Shown piece after piece: positions 27,660 to 29,376 of a stretch of DNA of 29,376 nucleotides. The notes beneath the pieces are model-generated. The model made no database searches. It worked only from the letters and a program-made list of their open reading frames with translations, and was not told where the DNA came from. How positions within the stretch are numbered: the stretch's first letter is position 1; each line of letters begins with the position of its first letter. Source of the stretch: Desulfobacterales bacterium (GTDB taxonomy: Bacteria; Desulfobacterota; Desulfobacteria; Desulfobacterales; C00003106); the NCBI GenBank assembly GCA_030672555.1, contig DAOVGD010000040.1, forward strand, positions 1-29,376. The letters are read 5' to 3'. Both the position numbers and the translations under genes were made by a program.

Positions 27660-27686
27660 TTATCGGCATATCATAGAAATACTTTA
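27660..27686 (-). promoter_or_regulatory. Sigma28 (FliA) promoter
   Basis: Minus strand reads TAAA-N15-GCCGATAA, an exact consensus match, followed by AGGAGG and the ATG at 27640. Confidence 0.92.
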
Positions 27687-28023
27687 GGCAAAAGGCAATA
27701 AAATTTAATTTTTATCAATATATCGTTCAATAGGCTGGAAATGTTTAACGATAAAATAAGATGGTTGTCTCGAAATATGAAAGGTGTAGGTCAAGGATTT
27801 TCTCTGTTGCTGAATGCAAATCCATCTAACGTGCAACACGCAGCGCCGGACTGTCAATCAAAAGAATCTTTATCGACTTCTAAAGGGTTTTGAATTTCTG
27901 TCATCCGATAAGGCAAGGCACCGACTACATCACAAAGATTGGATAAGATGCGGTTCCTGCTTGAATGTTTCATGATTATACTGTATATATACATGCATAA
28001 TTAAGGCGGTGTTTTAAATATAC

Positions 28024-29181
28024 ATGTATAAGCGGATACAAGATTTAAAGTTGAGTTCCCAAGAAACTTGTTTTCTTTGGGGACCCCGTCAAGCCGGGAA
28101 AAGCACGCTGCTAAAAATGCTTTTTCGTCAAGCCGTGCGTTATGATCTCTTGCTGTCGACGGAATATCAGCGGCTATTACGCGAGCCTAACCTGATTCGT
28201 GAAGAATGCCTGGCAGCTGGACTCGATGCAAATTCTCAGCGCGATCCTATTATAATAGATGAAATCCAAAAACTCCCCGCCCTTCTTGATGAAGTCCATT
28301 GGTTAATGGAAAATAAGGGGTTGCGGTTTATCCTGTGCGGATCGAGTGCTCGAAAATTAAAGCGAGGTCATGGTAATTTGCTTGGCGGGCGTGCCGTTCG
28401 CTATGAACTGCATCCATTGGTTTTTCCAGAAGTCTCCGATTTCTCGTTGAAAAAGGCGCTGAATTCCGGATTGATTCCTCGTCACTATGATAGTGCGAAC
28501 CCGCTGCGATTAATCCAGTCGTACGTCGGGGATTATCTTAAGGAAGAGATTGTAGCAGAGGCTTTAACACGCAATATTCCTGCATTCAGCCGGTTTCTTG
28601 AAGTGGCTGCACTCTCGAATGGGGAGGTACTTAATTACACCAATATAGCCCGTGAGTGTGGCATTTCCAGCCCAACGGTCAAGGACTATTTCCAGATTCT
28701 AGAAGACACTCTGATCGGACGGCATTTACCGGCTTTCCGAAAAAGGAGAAAACGGCGGTTAGTAGGAAGTCCCAAATTCTATTTCTTTGACCTCTCACCG
28801 GTGATCTACCTCAGTCGCCGGGGTAAAGTAGTGCCTGGATCTGAGCTTTTCGGTCGAGCTTTTGAGCATTTTATATGGATGGAAATCGTGGCGCACTCTA
28901 GTTATTCTGAATTGTTTTACCCGATCACCTATTGGAGGACCTCTTCCGGGATTGAGGTTGATTTCGTTCTAGGCGATAATGAAATTGTGATCGAGGTAAA
29001 ATCGGCCGAGGTAACTGGTAAGATGCATTTGAAAGGAGTGAGAAGATTCAAGGAAGAATATTCAACTCGGCGAAGCATACTGGTATCAATGGATTCAAAA
29101 CCTCGTAAAACGGAAGACCAAATTGAAATACTTCCCTGGCAGATATTTCTTAAGCAACTCTGGGGTGGGGAAGTTATCTGA
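28024..29181 (+). CDS. AAA+ ATPase (AAA_14) with DUF4143 and a C-terminal PD-(D/E)XK-like motif
   Basis: Walker A GPRQAGKST, Walker B IIIDEIQK, LCGSSA, KFYFFD and EVDFV...IEVKS. Confidence 0.85.
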   Translation: MYKRIQDLKLSSQETCFLWGPRQAGKSTLLKMLFRQAVRYDLLLSTEYQRLLREPNLIREECLAAGLDANSQRDPIIIDEIQKLPALLDEVHWLMENKGLRFILCGSSARKLKRGHGNLLGGRAVRYELHPLVFPEVSDFSLKKALNSGLIPRHYDSANPLRLIQSYVGDYLKEEIVAEALTRNIPAFSRFLEVAALSNGEVLNYTNIARECGISSPTVKDYFQILEDTLIGRHLPAFRKRRKRRLVGSPKFYFFDLSPVIYLSRRGKVVPGSELFGRAFEHFIWMEIVAHSSYSELFYPITYWRTSSGIEVDFVLGDNEIVIEVKSAEVTGKMHLKGVRRFKEEYSTRRSILVSMDSKPRKTEDQIEILPWQIFLKQLWGGEVI

Positions 29182-29192
29182 AACAGGATTGA

Positions 29193-29242
29193 CCCCGGTA
29201 CGGTCCCGCCTCGGCGGATCTCCGACGTTTCTCTTTACGGGG
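29193..29242. repeat. Small GC-rich composite hairpin
   Basis: CCCCG 29193-29197 / CGGGG 29238-29242 enclosing CCGCC-TC-GGCGG 29206-29217. Confidence 0.4.
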
Positions 29243-29376
29243 CAGCCCCGAAGTTATAAAAGAATCTATGCAGGTTGTCCCTAAGTATGGAGGTAAACTG
29301 AAGTTGTTAAAAACCTCGGTTTCTTTGCCGCAGTCTGTTATAGATGACCTACGTCAAAATCCTGACCGTTCCTTCC

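Noticed and set aside
27810-27865. Possible c-di-GMP-I riboswitch near the flgM operon
   Set aside because: Only GCAAA and a loose ACGC...CCGG resemblance; the GNRA tetraloop and receptor are absent.
27979-27995. LexA/SOS-box-like TACTGTATATATACATG upstream of the DUF4143 gene
   Set aside because: CTG-N8-CAT does not fit the CTG-N10-CAG consensus, and that box type may not apply to this lineage.
29268-29376. Open frame running off the right edge (ATG 29268 or TTG 29304 after GGAGG)
   Set aside because: At most 36 codons are visible, with no recognisable motif.

Overview
A 29.4 kb chromosomal window from a Gram-negative bacterium. Gene content and protein sequences suggest Desulfobacterota (Deltaproteobacteria); that assignment is an inference. 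The left half holds an 11-gene minus-strand LPS operon (gnnA-like, lpxB, DUF374, msbA, lptF, lptG, waaA, lpxK, lpxL, waaF, waaC), converging on an ICMT/Ste14-like methyltransferase and a protein-kinase-like gene. The right half holds tgt, an FmdB-like zinc ribbon, yggT-divIVA-yggU, dnaE, UPF0280, lapA-like, mutS, a J-domain/PDZ protein, a sigma28-driven flgM operon and an AAA/DUF4143 ATPase. The genes are mostly ordinary; the intergenic DNA is not. Nearly every gene junction (9 of 10 in the LPS operon) carries a small element built from degenerate 7-9 nt tandem units, usually as two inverted arms. Ten genes have their stop codon inside an arm. One family has a shared 19-nt GCGAAGC-like terminal motif, tgt's start codon lies in a 12-bp duplication, and two sites show nested insertion of different palindromic elements. 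No transposase, CRISPR array, tRNA or rRNA was seen. All calls are by eye from the sequence; no searches were run.
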